Shown here: positions 16,972 through 25,741 of the stretch, piece by piece
Numbering within the stretch: position 1 is the stretch's first letter
Layout: each line of letters opens with the position of its first letter
Origin: an uncultured Gammaproteobacteria bacterium
GTDB lineage: Bacteria; Patescibacteriota; Microgenomatia; Daviesbacterales; UBA10151
Length of the DNA stretch: 26,789 bases
Reading direction: 5' to 3'
Assembly (NCBI GenBank): GCA_964399555.1
Contig: CAYNRM010000002.1
Coordinates: 4,071-30,859 of the forward strand
Notes under the pieces: generated by a model
Told to the model about the DNA's origin: nothing
The model's database searches: none
The model's input: only the letters and a program-made list of their open reading frames with translations
Made by a program: the position numbers and the translations under genes

Positions 16972-17599
16972 GAACCAAATTTCTACTGTAAACAAAATTT
17001 TCTTGGTCGGCTTTAGAGCCACCGGAAAAACTACGATTGGCAAAATCTTAGCCGAAAAACTGGACTGGTCTTTTTGGGACAGCGATTTCCTGATAACCCA
17101 GGAAGCAGGCCAGGATATTCAGAGCCTCACCAGGGGCGGGATAGACTGGCAAATATTTAGAAAAATTGAAAACCAGGTACTTTATGAATTATCCCGAATG
17201 GAAAACGTAGTTGTTAGTTGTGGAGGAGGAGTTGGTGTAAATGATGTGATAGATGAAATAACAAATAAAACTTTCGGGGACTTAAATAAAGAAATTCTTG
17301 ATAATACTAAAGAAAGCATAGTGATACTGCTCACCTCCAAAGATGAAAGTATTAAGACGAGATTAAAAAGGCAATACAAAAATAAAAAAATTATGCCATT
17401 CCTGAACACTGAAAATGCTAAGATGTCAAAAGACGAAAAAAACCTGGAAGTCTTGATAGAAAAACAAATTGAAGATTCTATGGCTACGTTTCAGGAAAGA
17501 AAATCTTTGTATAAGAGTCTTACAAGTATTATCATCGACACGGATAAAATGCCGCTGGGAAAAACAGCAGAGGAGATTATATCTTATGTCAGAAAATGA
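16961..17599 (+). CDS. aroK: Shikimate kinase (with insertions)
   Basis: P-loop GFRATGKTT, DSD, FRKIE, SCGGG, ERKSLY. Confidence 0.9.
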   Translation: MKSENQISTVNKIFLVGFRATGKTTIGKILAEKLDWSFWDSDFLITQEAGQDIQSLTRGGIDWQIFRKIENQVLYELSRMENVVVSCGGGVGVNDVIDEITNKTFGDLNKEILDNTKESIVILLTSKDESIKTRLKRQYKNKKIMPFLNTENAKMSKDEKNLEVLIEKQIEDSMATFQERKSLYKSLTSIIIDTDKMPLGKTAEEIISYVRK

Positions 17600-18410
17600 A
17601 CAATCAGGATTTAAAGTGTGTTTAATAATGGGTTTTCCTGTAAAAAATTCCAAATCTCCCGCCATGCACATGGCCGCTTATAAAGCGTTAGGAATCGATC
17701 AGGAATTTATATTTCTACCAGCTGAAGTCAAACCCGAGGGATTAGAGGAAGCAATAAATTCTGCCAGAAAATTGAATATAAAAGGCGTCAGTGTCACTAT
17801 GCCCTATAAGCAATCAGTCCTAAAATATCTTGATGTACTTGATGATGATGCGGAAGAAATAGGAGCAGTTAACACTATTGTTAATGACGAAGGAGAACTG
17901 GTAGGTTATAACACTGACTGGGTCGGAGCAATAACAGCTCTTGAAAAGAAAACTAATTTAAACGGTAAAAAGGTCGCAGTAATCGGGGCAGGTGGAGCAG
18001 CCAGAGCAATTGTATTTGGGTTAGTGAAGAAAGAAGCTACAGTTAAAATATTCAATCGCTCAAAAGAAAAAGCTGCTTCCCTTGCGCGAGACTTTGATGT
18101 CGATTTTGCGGGCCTGGAAGAAATAAATCAGCTAAGTCATTTCGACATAATAATAAACGCGACATCCATGGGAATGAATGATGATCAAAGTCCAATTGAT
18201 AAAGAATTAATTAACGAACACCACATAGTATTTGACGTTGTGTATACGCCTAAAGAAACCAGATTGATTAAAGACGCCAAAGAAAAAGGCGCTGAAGTAG
18301 TTTATGGATACGAAATGCTTTTATATCAAGGAGTTGAGCAATTCAAGTTGTATACTAAATACGAAGCCCCAGTAAGGGAAATGGAACAGGCTTTACTTGC
18401 CCAATTATGA
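17586..18410 (+). CDS. aroE: Shikimate dehydrogenase
   Basis: SKSPAMH, VTMPYK, GAVNT, NTD, GAGGAARA, NRS, NATS, DVVY, GYEMLLYQG. ATG 17586 has an aggag SD; the ORF-track start at 17469 is too far upstream. Confidence 0.96.
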   Translation: MSENEQSGFKVCLIMGFPVKNSKSPAMHMAAYKALGIDQEFIFLPAEVKPEGLEEAINSARKLNIKGVSVTMPYKQSVLKYLDVLDDDAEEIGAVNTIVNDEGELVGYNTDWVGAITALEKKTNLNGKKVAVIGAGGAARAIVFGLVKKEATVKIFNRSKEKAASLARDFDVDFAGLEEINQLSHFDIIINATSMGMNDDQSPIDKELINEHHIVFDVVYTPKETRLIKDAKEKGAEVVYGYEMLLYQGVEQFKLYTKYEAPVREMEQALLAQL

Positions 18411-19075
18411 AATATTGTCTTCCCATCATTAATGAGTCCAAAGAAGAGATCTTAAATCTGATCAAAGAAAACCCGGACTATGATTTTTATGAAATCTGGC
18501 TCTCTTATGTTAAAGATCTAGATACCGATTTCCTCAGGAAATTATCGGAGCAATTTAACGGCAAGCTAATCTTCCTTTTTAGAAAGCAAAACTTAGAAAA
18601 ATCTGATTTGGGTAACGAATTAAAAGAAAGAATAATTAAGATACTAGAAAATTCTGATAACTATATGGACTTTGACGTAAATGATGGTTCATGGGGTCTG
18701 GATTTCATAAAAACAAATAACTTAAACAATAAAAAAATTGCCTCATTCCACGATTACCAAAAAACCCCCGATCCCGATTCTCTTACTAAAATTATAAAAG
18801 CTATGGAGAACTATAACCCAGAGATTTTTAAAGTTTCGACATTTTGTAAAACATCTAAGGATGGATTAAAATTATTGGAACTGCTTCTGGATTTAAAAGA
18901 AGAGAATAAGAAATTTATCGTGCTGGGTATGGGAGACGAGGGAAAGATTGTTCGCCTATACGGAGCTCTTTGGGGTAATGAATTAAATTTTGCTCCAATT
19001 AACGAAGAAGATTCTTCAGCTCCAGGACAATTCAGTAAAGAAAAATTAGAGAAAATTTTGGAGGAAATAAAATAG
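18407..19075 (+). CDS. aroD: Type I 3-dehydroquinate dehydratase
   Basis: LFR, SFHDY (catalytic His), FKVST (Schiff-base Lys), GMG..G..VR, APGQ. Confidence 0.88.
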   Translation: MKYCLPIINESKEEILNLIKENPDYDFYEIWLSYVKDLDTDFLRKLSEQFNGKLIFLFRKQNLEKSDLGNELKERIIKILENSDNYMDFDVNDGSWGLDFIKTNNLNNKKIASFHDYQKTPDPDSLTKIIKAMENYNPEIFKVSTFCKTSKDGLKLLELLLDLKEENKKFIVLGMGDEGKIVRLYGALWGNELNFAPINEEDSSAPGQFSKEKLEKILEEIK

Positions 19076-20157
19076 TGCCAGGAAATACATTTGGACAATT
19101 ATTTAAAGTAACAACTTTTGGTGAATCGCATGGCGGTTGCGTTGGTTGTGTGATCGACGGCTGTCCTCCGGGAATCGAAATATCAGAAGCAGAAATCCAA
19201 AAAGAAATGGACAGAAGAAAGCCGGGTCAGTCCGCAATAACTTCACCCAGAAAAGAAGAAGACGAAATAAAAATTCTGTCTGGTTATTTTGAAGGAAAAA
19301 CAACTGGCACTCCCATTCTAATGCTTGCCTACAATAAAGACATGCGTCCTGAGGATTATGATCATCTAAAAAACGTCTACCGCCCATCACATGCCGACTT
19401 CACCTACGAACAAAAATACGGTTATCGCGATTTCCGCGGATCTGGCCGTGCCTCAGCACGAGAAACCCTAGCTCGTGTTGCAGCTGGAGCCATCGCCAAA
19501 AAATACCTCAACCAAAGACTGGGAATCAAGATTCTATCCTTTGTTTCTCAAGTCGGGGATATAAAAACTGACATAGATTTTAATTCAGTAACTGAAGAAC
19601 AAATTGAGTCAAATATAGTTAGGTGTCCTGATTCGCAAACCGCCGAAAAGATGATAGCACTAATTGAAAAAATGCGTGACTCAGGGGATTCAATTGGCGG
19701 GGTAATAACTTGCGTCATAAGAAATGTCCCTGCCGGCTTAGGGGAACCAGTCTTTGATAAGCTAAATGCTGACTTAGGGAAAGCCATGCTTTCTATAAAT
19801 GCCGTCAAAGGATTTGAAATCGGCTCAGGCTTCGCCGGCGTTACTAAACCTGGAAGCGAACACAACGACGAGTTCATAATTTCTGATGGAAAAATAAGAA
19901 CTAGGACCAATAATTCAGGCGGCATACTTGGCGGCATCTCAAATGGCGAAACAATCTATTTCCGTGTCGCCTTCAAAAGCGTTTCAACTATTATGAAAAA
20001 ACAAAACACAGTCAACAGAAGTCTGGAAGAAGTTGAACTAGAAGCCTCCGGCCGCCACGACCCCTGCGTCCTCCCCAGAGCAGTCCCCATAGTCGACGCC
20101 ATGTCCGCCCTCACAATAATAGACCACCACCTCCGCCACAAAGCCCAAAATTCTTGA
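19075..20157 (+). CDS. aroC: Chorismate synthase
   Basis: [74 protein letters not shown] start overlapping the aroD TAG. Confidence 0.98.
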   Translation: MPGNTFGQLFKVTTFGESHGGCVGCVIDGCPPGIEISEAEIQKEMDRRKPGQSAITSPRKEEDEIKILSGYFEGKTTGTPILMLAYNKDMRPEDYDHLKNVYRPSHADFTYEQKYGYRDFRGSGRASARETLARVAAGAIAKKYLNQRLGIKILSFVSQVGDIKTDIDFNSVTEEQIESNIVRCPDSQTAEKMIALIEKMRDSGDSIGGVITCVIRNVPAGLGEPVFDKLNADLGKAMLSINAVKGFEIGSGFAGVTKPGSEHNDEFIISDGKIRTRTNNSGGILGGISNGETIYFRVAFKSVSTIMKKQNTVNRSLEEVELEASGRHDPCVLPRAVPIVDAMSALTIIDHHLRHKAQNS

Positions 20158-20166
20158 AATATCAAA

Positions 20167-20195
20167 TTGACATAATAACTGAGCAATCCTATAAT
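20167..20195 (+). promoter_or_regulatory. Perfect-consensus sigma70 promoter, likely leaderless
   Basis: TTGACA (20167-20172), 17 nt, TATAAT (20190-20195), 7 nt, ATG 20203. Confidence 0.8.
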
Positions 20196-20202
20196 TCTTT
20201 TC

Positions 20203-20517
20203 ATGTCTAAAGATAATGAGGTTGTAATTATTAATTTTGTGACTCGCCAAAAACAAGTTCTTGAGAAAAATCCAGTAGAAGAAATTGAAGAGGTTGAGGC
20301 TTCTAATAAAACTACTCACCTCTGCAGAACTGAAAGAAATAGAAATGGAACATATAGCATGCAAGATACAAGATATAACAAGGGGGAATTAATTGGATAT
20401 AGTGGAGGCGCAAGTATTCCTCTGGATGCTTTAATAGATAGGTTACCTCTTATTGGAGATTTAAGACCTGTCATGGGAGCTCTTCAATCTATTAGAGATA
20501 TAAAAATTAAGAAATAA
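20203..20517 (+). CDS. Hypothetical protein (104 aa)
   Basis: The ORF fills the aroC-aspS gap and has its own consensus promoter. No recognised motif. Confidence 0.6.
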   Translation: MSKDNEVVIINFVTRQKQVLEKNPVEEIEEVEASNKTTHLCRTERNRNGTYSMQDTRYNKGELIGYSGGASIPLDALIDRLPLIGDLRPVMGALQSIRDIKIKK

Positions 20518-20533
20518 ATTAAACTCCTGCACA

Positions 20534-20562
20534 TTGTAAGCTAGGCTCATTTTTGATATCAT
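20534..20562 (+). promoter_or_regulatory. Putative aspS promoter
   Basis: TTGTAA (20534-20539), 17 nt, TATCAT (20557-20562) preceded by TG, 9 nt before ATG 20572. Confidence 0.6.
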
Positions 20563-20571
20563 TTCCAGGTT

Positions 20572-21891
20572 ATGAATCGGACACTTATTTTAGATTGTAA
20601 TGACAAGGTCGGTGAAATGGTTTCTATCTCCGGATGGGTTCAAGTTAGGCGTGATCACGGGAAAATTGGCTTCCTTGATGTTGCAGACAGAACCGGCATA
20701 ATCCAGGTATTTTGTACCAAAGAAAACTTAGGAGAAATTAGGCCTCAGGATGTCGTCGAAATAACCGGCACAGTTGCCGCCCGTCCCGAAAAGTTAATCA
20801 ATGAAAATCTCCCAACCGGAAAAATTGAACTTCAATCAGAAACAGTCAAAGTCTTATCTAAAGCCGCCGAACTCCCTTTTGATTTAGCAATGAAAGAACT
20901 CGATCTGCAACTGCCTACACTACTAGATTTTAGATCCTTAACTTTGCGTCACCCAAAAATAAAAGCTATCTTCGAAGTCCAGGCTGCGTTACTGGAAGGT
21001 TTTAGAAAAGCCTGTACCGAATTGGATTGTAAAGAAATAGTAGTTCCAGAAATCTCAGCCTCATCAACCGAAGGCGGCGCCGAAGTATTTAAAGTAGATT
21101 ACTATGGTTTCCCCGCTTTCATGACCCAAAGCCCTCAACTCTACAAACAAATGTTGGTCCCTGTTTTCGAAAGAGTTTACACTATCGCTCATGCATATCG
21201 CGCCGAGCCATCTGTTACGACCAGGCACTTATCAGTCTCAACCCAAATGGATTTTGAATTTGGTTTTGCCGAATTTAAAGAACTTCTCGACCTGATCGAA
21301 AAAATTGCTTTTGACATGTTTAAACACGCGCAAGACAAATCATCAAAAGCTTTGGAAATGTTCGGCGTCGACAAAATCGCTTTCGCTAAAGCCGTCCGCC
21401 TAACTTTAAGAGAGGCTCAGGAAATAATCTTCAAAGAAATAGGCAGAGATTCCAGAACTGAAAAAGATTTAGCCCCTCAAGATGAAATCGATATCTGCAA
21501 ATGGGCGCTAGAAAATCACAAAACAGATTTCGTAATTATTACTCATTTCCCAACTTCCAAAAGAGCCTTCTACACTAAACCAGATCCAGAAAATCCTGAG
21601 TACAGTTTAAGTTACGACATCTTATTCCGCGGCTTAGAAATTCTTTCTGGTTCCCAAAGAATTAACGATTACGATGAATTAGTAGAAGTTATCAAGCAAA
21701 GAAAAATGGATCCAAAGGATTTCGAAATGTACCTCCAGGCTTTCAAATATGGGATGCCTCCAGAGGGTGGAGGATCGTTCGGTTTGGAGAGATTAACTAT
21801 GCTTTTATTAAAGCTTGGTAATGTCCGCGAAGCCTCTTTATACCCGAGGGATATGGAGCGGGTAGACGTCCGTCTATCTACTCTCAGATAA
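20572..21891 (+). CDS. aspS: Archaeal-type non-discriminating aspartyl-tRNA(Asp/Asn) synthetase
   Basis: GWV..RDHG, EGGAEVF, QSPQLYKQ, YRAEPS..TRHL, EILSGSQR, YGMPPEGGGSFGLERL. 439 aa with no GAD insertion. Confidence 0.92.
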   Translation: MNRTLILDCNDKVGEMVSISGWVQVRRDHGKIGFLDVADRTGIIQVFCTKENLGEIRPQDVVEITGTVAARPEKLINENLPTGKIELQSETVKVLSKAAELPFDLAMKELDLQLPTLLDFRSLTLRHPKIKAIFEVQAALLEGFRKACTELDCKEIVVPEISASSTEGGAEVFKVDYYGFPAFMTQSPQLYKQMLVPVFERVYTIAHAYRAEPSVTTRHLSVSTQMDFEFGFAEFKELLDLIEKIAFDMFKHAQDKSSKALEMFGVDKIAFAKAVRLTLREAQEIIFKEIGRDSRTEKDLAPQDEIDICKWALENHKTDFVIITHFPTSKRAFYTKPDPENPEYSLSYDILFRGLEILSGSQRINDYDELVEVIKQRKMDPKDFEMYLQAFKYGMPPEGGGSFGLERLTMLLLKLGNVREASLYPRDMERVDVRLSTLR

Positions 21892-22874
21892 TGAAACTAC
21901 TGCCTAAAATAAATTTCTCTAAGTCTTCTGTGCGTAAGTTCAAAGTTTTGAGCTTGATTTTAGTATTAATTTCAGCATCAACATTATTCTTACTAACCGG
22001 CCCTCAAACTCTGGATTTAGTAGAAAGCAAAGTCTCCTCAGAAAATCTACAGCCGGCACCTAAGAACTTCGGAAGCACTGTCTTGGCAGAAACAATCGTA
22101 GTCCCTAAAATAGAACTAATTTCCGCCGACCTCCCGCAACCTGTCTTAACTGCTGTTGCAACTATCGCGTATGACCCGAACTTAGAAAAAATACTGTACC
22201 AAAAGAATATTCACACCAAACTTGCTCCGGCATCTACCACAAAAATTATGACAGCCATCATCGCCTCAGAGCACTACAATAGTGGCGATCTCCTAACAGT
22301 CCCGGCAGCTGCGATAGTCGGCGGCTCAACAATGGGCCTATCCGCCGGTGAGCAGTTAACATTCCGGAGTCTTCTCTATGGCATGATGTTAAATTCTGGA
22401 AATGATGCCGCCTATACCATTGCCTACAATTACCCAGGTGGTCTTGAATCCTTCATCGCCAAAATGAATGAACGAGCTGGTGTCCTTGGAGCTACTAACA
22501 CCCATTTTGATAATCCTGCCGGGTTTGATAGCGCAAATCACTATTCATCAGCTTACGACCTACTTTTAATAGGTAAAGAAGCCATGAAGAATGCCAGATT
22601 AGGAACCGTCTTTTCTACAAAAGAAACCTCTGTCACCTCAATAGATAAAACCCAAAGTCATGTTTTAAAGAATTTGAATAAATTATTAAAGGAAGATGGA
22701 GTATTAGGCATGAAAACCGGCACAACAGAAATGGCCGGAGAAAGCTTTGTCGGCTTAATCGAAAGAGATAATCAAACAATTTTAACGGTCATGTTGAATA
22801 GTCAGGATCGATTTGGGGAAACTAAAAATTTACTGGACTGGATTTTTAAAAATTACACCTGGAAGGTCAATTAG
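21891..22874 (+). CDS. D-alanyl-D-alanine carboxypeptidase (peptidase S11)
   Basis: N-terminal TM, PASTTK (SxxK), SGNDAA (SxN), HFDNPAG, KTG. Confidence 0.93.
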   Translation: MKLLPKINFSKSSVRKFKVLSLILVLISASTLFLLTGPQTLDLVESKVSSENLQPAPKNFGSTVLAETIVVPKIELISADLPQPVLTAVATIAYDPNLEKILYQKNIHTKLAPASTTKIMTAIIASEHYNSGDLLTVPAAAIVGGSTMGLSAGEQLTFRSLLYGMMLNSGNDAAYTIAYNYPGGLESFIAKMNERAGVLGATNTHFDNPAGFDSANHYSSAYDLLLIGKEAMKNARLGTVFSTKETSVTSIDKTQSHVLKNLNKLLKEDGVLGMKTGTTEMAGESFVGLIERDNQTILTVMLNSQDRFGETKNLLDWIFKNYTWKVN

Positions 22875-23901
22875 TTTTTTCAACATTCTCACTCGCTATT
22901 GCTGGCACAAACCCAACAAACTCAGGCCCTTCAAAAACATACACGGGCTGTAGATAATTAGCAAATTCCTCAGACAAATAATAAGCTAAATAAATTTTAG
23001 TGATCGAAGCATTACTTGTTCTTGGTTCAATCGCCACAAACCCTTCTCCGCTTTTTAATTCCTCAAAAGCATCAGACGAATTCTTAATAGGATAAGTCCC
23101 AAAATTCTCCAAATCAATTGGCCAAAATACGTAATCAAGGAGCGTATATTTTCTATCACTATTTCTATTGGAATTGCCGATTGCCTTAATTAATCCTTCC
23201 TTGAATTTTGGAGTCACAATAGGATAATCCTCAATACTTTCCTGCCATAAATTAACAGTTACTAAGTTACTGTCTTTTTTGATTTGATTATTATATAAAG
23301 CAGTAGTTTTGCCCGCCTTGAGTTGGTCTTTAAGTAAGCCTTTAGAGCTCAAATAGTTCTTCAGAATTTGACCCTGGTTATTCTCATTAATAAAATCCTC
23401 CACTCGGTCAAAACTCTCGCCGCTTCCTGTTGCAGCATTTCTTCTGAATTTAAAATTACCGGTATCTAAGTCAACAATAAGCTCTCCGCCGCTAATATTG
23501 TCGTTAAATTTATACTGTGTTGCAGATATAGCCTGGGGAGTTTTGCTAAAGTCTAGCGATCCAGCCAGACTCTTAGCCCTATCTAAAGCTAATAAATCAG
23601 TTGCCAGCTGGGCTACAGAGTAGACCTTAAATAACCTGGGTGTATCTTCTGGTAGCGCACCTGTTTCAGTATCAAGATTGTAGGAAAAACTGGATGAAGA
23701 AGATATTGAGTCTGGGAAAGCGATCTTGGGTAGAGGACCAAACACCAAAGTCGCCTCCTCCACAACCACCGGCAATCCAGGTAAATAAATATTGTTATAG
23801 TAATAATGCCAAATACCCCAGGAAGCAAACCCCACGAACAAGGTAATTACCGAAACGATCATACCTTTCTTCGTAAAAGCAGCAGCCTCTGTCAGGGTCA
23901 T
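22867..23901 (-). CDS. Membrane-anchored extracytoplasmic protein, possibly YycH/YycI-like fold
   Basis: N-terminal TM. The C-terminal YPIK..DAFEELK..ITKIYLAYY..YLQPVYVF is reminiscent of YycI-type domains; the fold call is tentative. Confidence 0.6.
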   Translation of the reverse strand: MTLTEAAAFTKKGMIVSVITLFVGFASWGIWHYYYNNIYLPGLPVVVEEATLVFGPLPKIAFPDSISSSSSFSYNLDTETGALPEDTPRLFKVYSVAQLATDLLALDRAKSLAGSLDFSKTPQAISATQYKFNDNISGGELIVDLDTGNFKFRRNAATGSGESFDRVEDFINENNQGQILKNYLSSKGLLKDQLKAGKTTALYNNQIKKDSNLVTVNLWQESIEDYPIVTPKFKEGLIKAIGNSNRNSDRKYTLLDYVFWPIDLENFGTYPIKNSSDAFEELKSGEGFVAIEPRTSNASITKIYLAYYLSEEFANYLQPVYVFEGPEFVGFVPAIASENVEKTN

Positions 23902-23909
23902 ATATCTTA

Positions 23910-23942
23910 ATTATACTGGATAATCTCTGTTGCTGGTATAAT
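23910..23942. promoter_or_regulatory. Back-to-back -10 boxes for divergent genes
   Basis: Minus-strand TATAAT (23910-23915) lies 8 nt before ATG 23901. Plus-strand TGgTATAAT (23934-23942) lies 6 nt before gltX ATG 23949. Confidence 0.65.
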
Positions 23943-23948
23943 GCCTCT

Positions 23949-25397
23949 ATGACTGAAATACGCACGAGAATAGCTCCATCTCCCACAGGCGACGATCTAC
24001 ACATCGGAAATCTCTATACCGCACTAATAAATTGGGCCTTTGCGAAGAAGAATAAAGGTCAATTCATAGTAAGAATAGAGGACACCGATCGGGAGCGTTT
24101 CGTTGAGGGAGCAGAATCTACAATCTTAACCTCAATTAAAGCTTTTAACTTGAATCCCGATGAAAGCCCTGAAGTTGGTGGTCCTTTTGGGCCTTACAGG
24201 CAATCAGAGCGCTTGGAATTATATAAAAAGTACGCCGATGAACTCCTGGAAAAAGACTTAGCCTATAAATGCTACTGCTCAAAAGAAAAACTTGAAACAA
24301 TCAGAAATGAGCAAACCGCGACCAGAATTAAAAAAAAGCACCGTGAGTATTGCGATCCAAATGAGAAAGGCGAAAATTCTGTAATCCGACTAAAAGTCCC
24401 TGAAAACGAAGATATAACCTTTAATGATTTAGTCAGAGGAGATATCACAATAAATAGCCATGAACTAGACGACCAGGTTCTCTTAAAGTCAGATGGCTTC
24501 CCAACTTACCATCTTGGTGTGGTTGTGGATGACTATTTAATGAAAATCTCACACGTCATCAGAGCCGAAGAATGGATCTCCTCAACACCAAAACACATTT
24601 TACTCTACAAAGCATTCGGCTGGGAGCTACCAGTGTTTGTCCATCTCCCAATTTTGAGAAACTCCGATAAGTCAAAACTTTCCAAAAGAAAAAACCCAGT
24701 CTGGGTAACCTGGTACTTAAAAGACGGCTATCTCCCAGAAGCAATACTAAATTTCCTAGCCTTAATGGGCTGGTCCCATCCCGAACAAAAAGAAGTTTTC
24801 TCAATCGACGAATTTATCGAGAAACTCGACCTAAAAGATTTCTCCCCAGTCGGCCCAGCTTTCGATCAAGTAAAACTAGATTGGATGAACGGTGAATACA
24901 TTAGAAAAATGTCAGATGAAGAACTTGCTAATCGCTTGGAAAAATACCTGAAGAGTATTGACCACACCGCCAAAAATATTCCTGATCTAGTAACTCTTAA
25001 AAAACTCGTCCCCCTAATAAAAGAACGAATCAAAAAACTCTCCGACTTCATCCCTCTAACCGACTTCTTCTTCGGCAAACCCGAATATGATTTAGCAGTT
25101 TTTAATAAACTAAAAATCGAAGACAAAAAAGCTGCATTAGGAAAAGTTTCAGAAAAACTGGAAACAATTTCCTCTCCATGGAAATCCCAAGATTTCGAAA
25201 ACACTTTCAAAGATTTAGCCAAAGAGTTAAACCTCTCAAATCTGGACATGTTCCAATTAATCAGAGCCGCCGTAGCCGGCCAATTAGTAACCCCGCCCCT
25301 TTTTGAGTCAATAGAAATCTTAGGAGAAAATGAAACCAAAAGTCGAATTATTGAAGCTCTCAAATATCTTGAAAACCCCGAAGAACCAAAGTACTAA
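23949..25397 (+). CDS. gltX: Glutamate--tRNA ligase
   Basis: RIAPSPTG, HIGN, RIEDTD, GPYRQSER, PTYHL, HVIRAEEW, KLSKR, GWSH. Confidence 0.97.
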   Translation: MTEIRTRIAPSPTGDDLHIGNLYTALINWAFAKKNKGQFIVRIEDTDRERFVEGAESTILTSIKAFNLNPDESPEVGGPFGPYRQSERLELYKKYADELLEKDLAYKCYCSKEKLETIRNEQTATRIKKKHREYCDPNEKGENSVIRLKVPENEDITFNDLVRGDITINSHELDDQVLLKSDGFPTYHLGVVVDDYLMKISHVIRAEEWISSTPKHILLYKAFGWELPVFVHLPILRNSDKSKLSKRKNPVWVTWYLKDGYLPEAILNFLALMGWSHPEQKEVFSIDEFIEKLDLKDFSPVGPAFDQVKLDWMNGEYIRKMSDEELANRLEKYLKSIDHTAKNIPDLVTLKKLVPLIKERIKKLSDFIPLTDFFFGKPEYDLAVFNKLKIEDKKAALGKVSEKLETISSPWKSQDFENTFKDLAKELNLSNLDMFQLIRAAVAGQLVTPPLFESIEILGENETKSRIIEALKYLENPEEPKY

Positions 25398-25415
25398 TCT
25401 CTAAGAATCTATATT

Positions 25416-25739
25416 TCAACTCAAACTATTTATCTTCGCTGCCATAATAAAATCGTTTTCAGTTAGTCCCTTAGCTGCGTGGGTAGATAAACTTATTCCA
25501 ACTTTATCATAGAAAATATAGATATCCGGGTGATGTCCTTCGCTCTCGGCAATTCCAGCAATTTTATTAACAAAATCCATCGATTCTTTAAAGTTCTTAA
25601 ATTGAAAATCCCGTTTAATCTGATCCCCAATCAAAAACCAACCGGAAATCAGCTGCATATAATCCTTAATCGTATTAATATTCAATTTCCCCTCACCATT
25701 CTCGCAAGGCACACAATGTTTCTTAATCAGGTCATTCAT
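25416..25739 (-). CDS. Pterin-4-alpha-carbinolamine dehydratase family protein
   Basis: CVPC, W..I.RDFQFKNFKESMDFVNKIAGIAESEGHHPDI, THA..GLTENDFIMAAKI. Confidence 0.93.
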   Translation of the reverse strand: MNDLIKKHCVPCENGEGKLNINTIKDYMQLISGWFLIGDQIKRDFQFKNFKESMDFVNKIAGIAESEGHHPDIYIFYDKVGISLSTHAAKGLTENDFIMAAKINSLS

Positions 25740-25741
25740 AC

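Noticed and set aside
17469-17585. Extended aroE N-terminus
   Set aside because: It lies inside aroK; ATG 17586 has an SD and gives a normal AroE length.
11848-20364. Antisense or alternative-frame ORFs across the aro operon, including 11848-12150 and 20038-20364
   Set aside because: They are shadows of conserved enzymes with no independent signals.
25416-25739. PCD/PhhB gene as part of the aromatic system (with phenylalanine hydroxylase)
   Set aside because: No phhA in the window, opposite strand and 5 kb from the operon; stand-alone PCD homologues are widespread.
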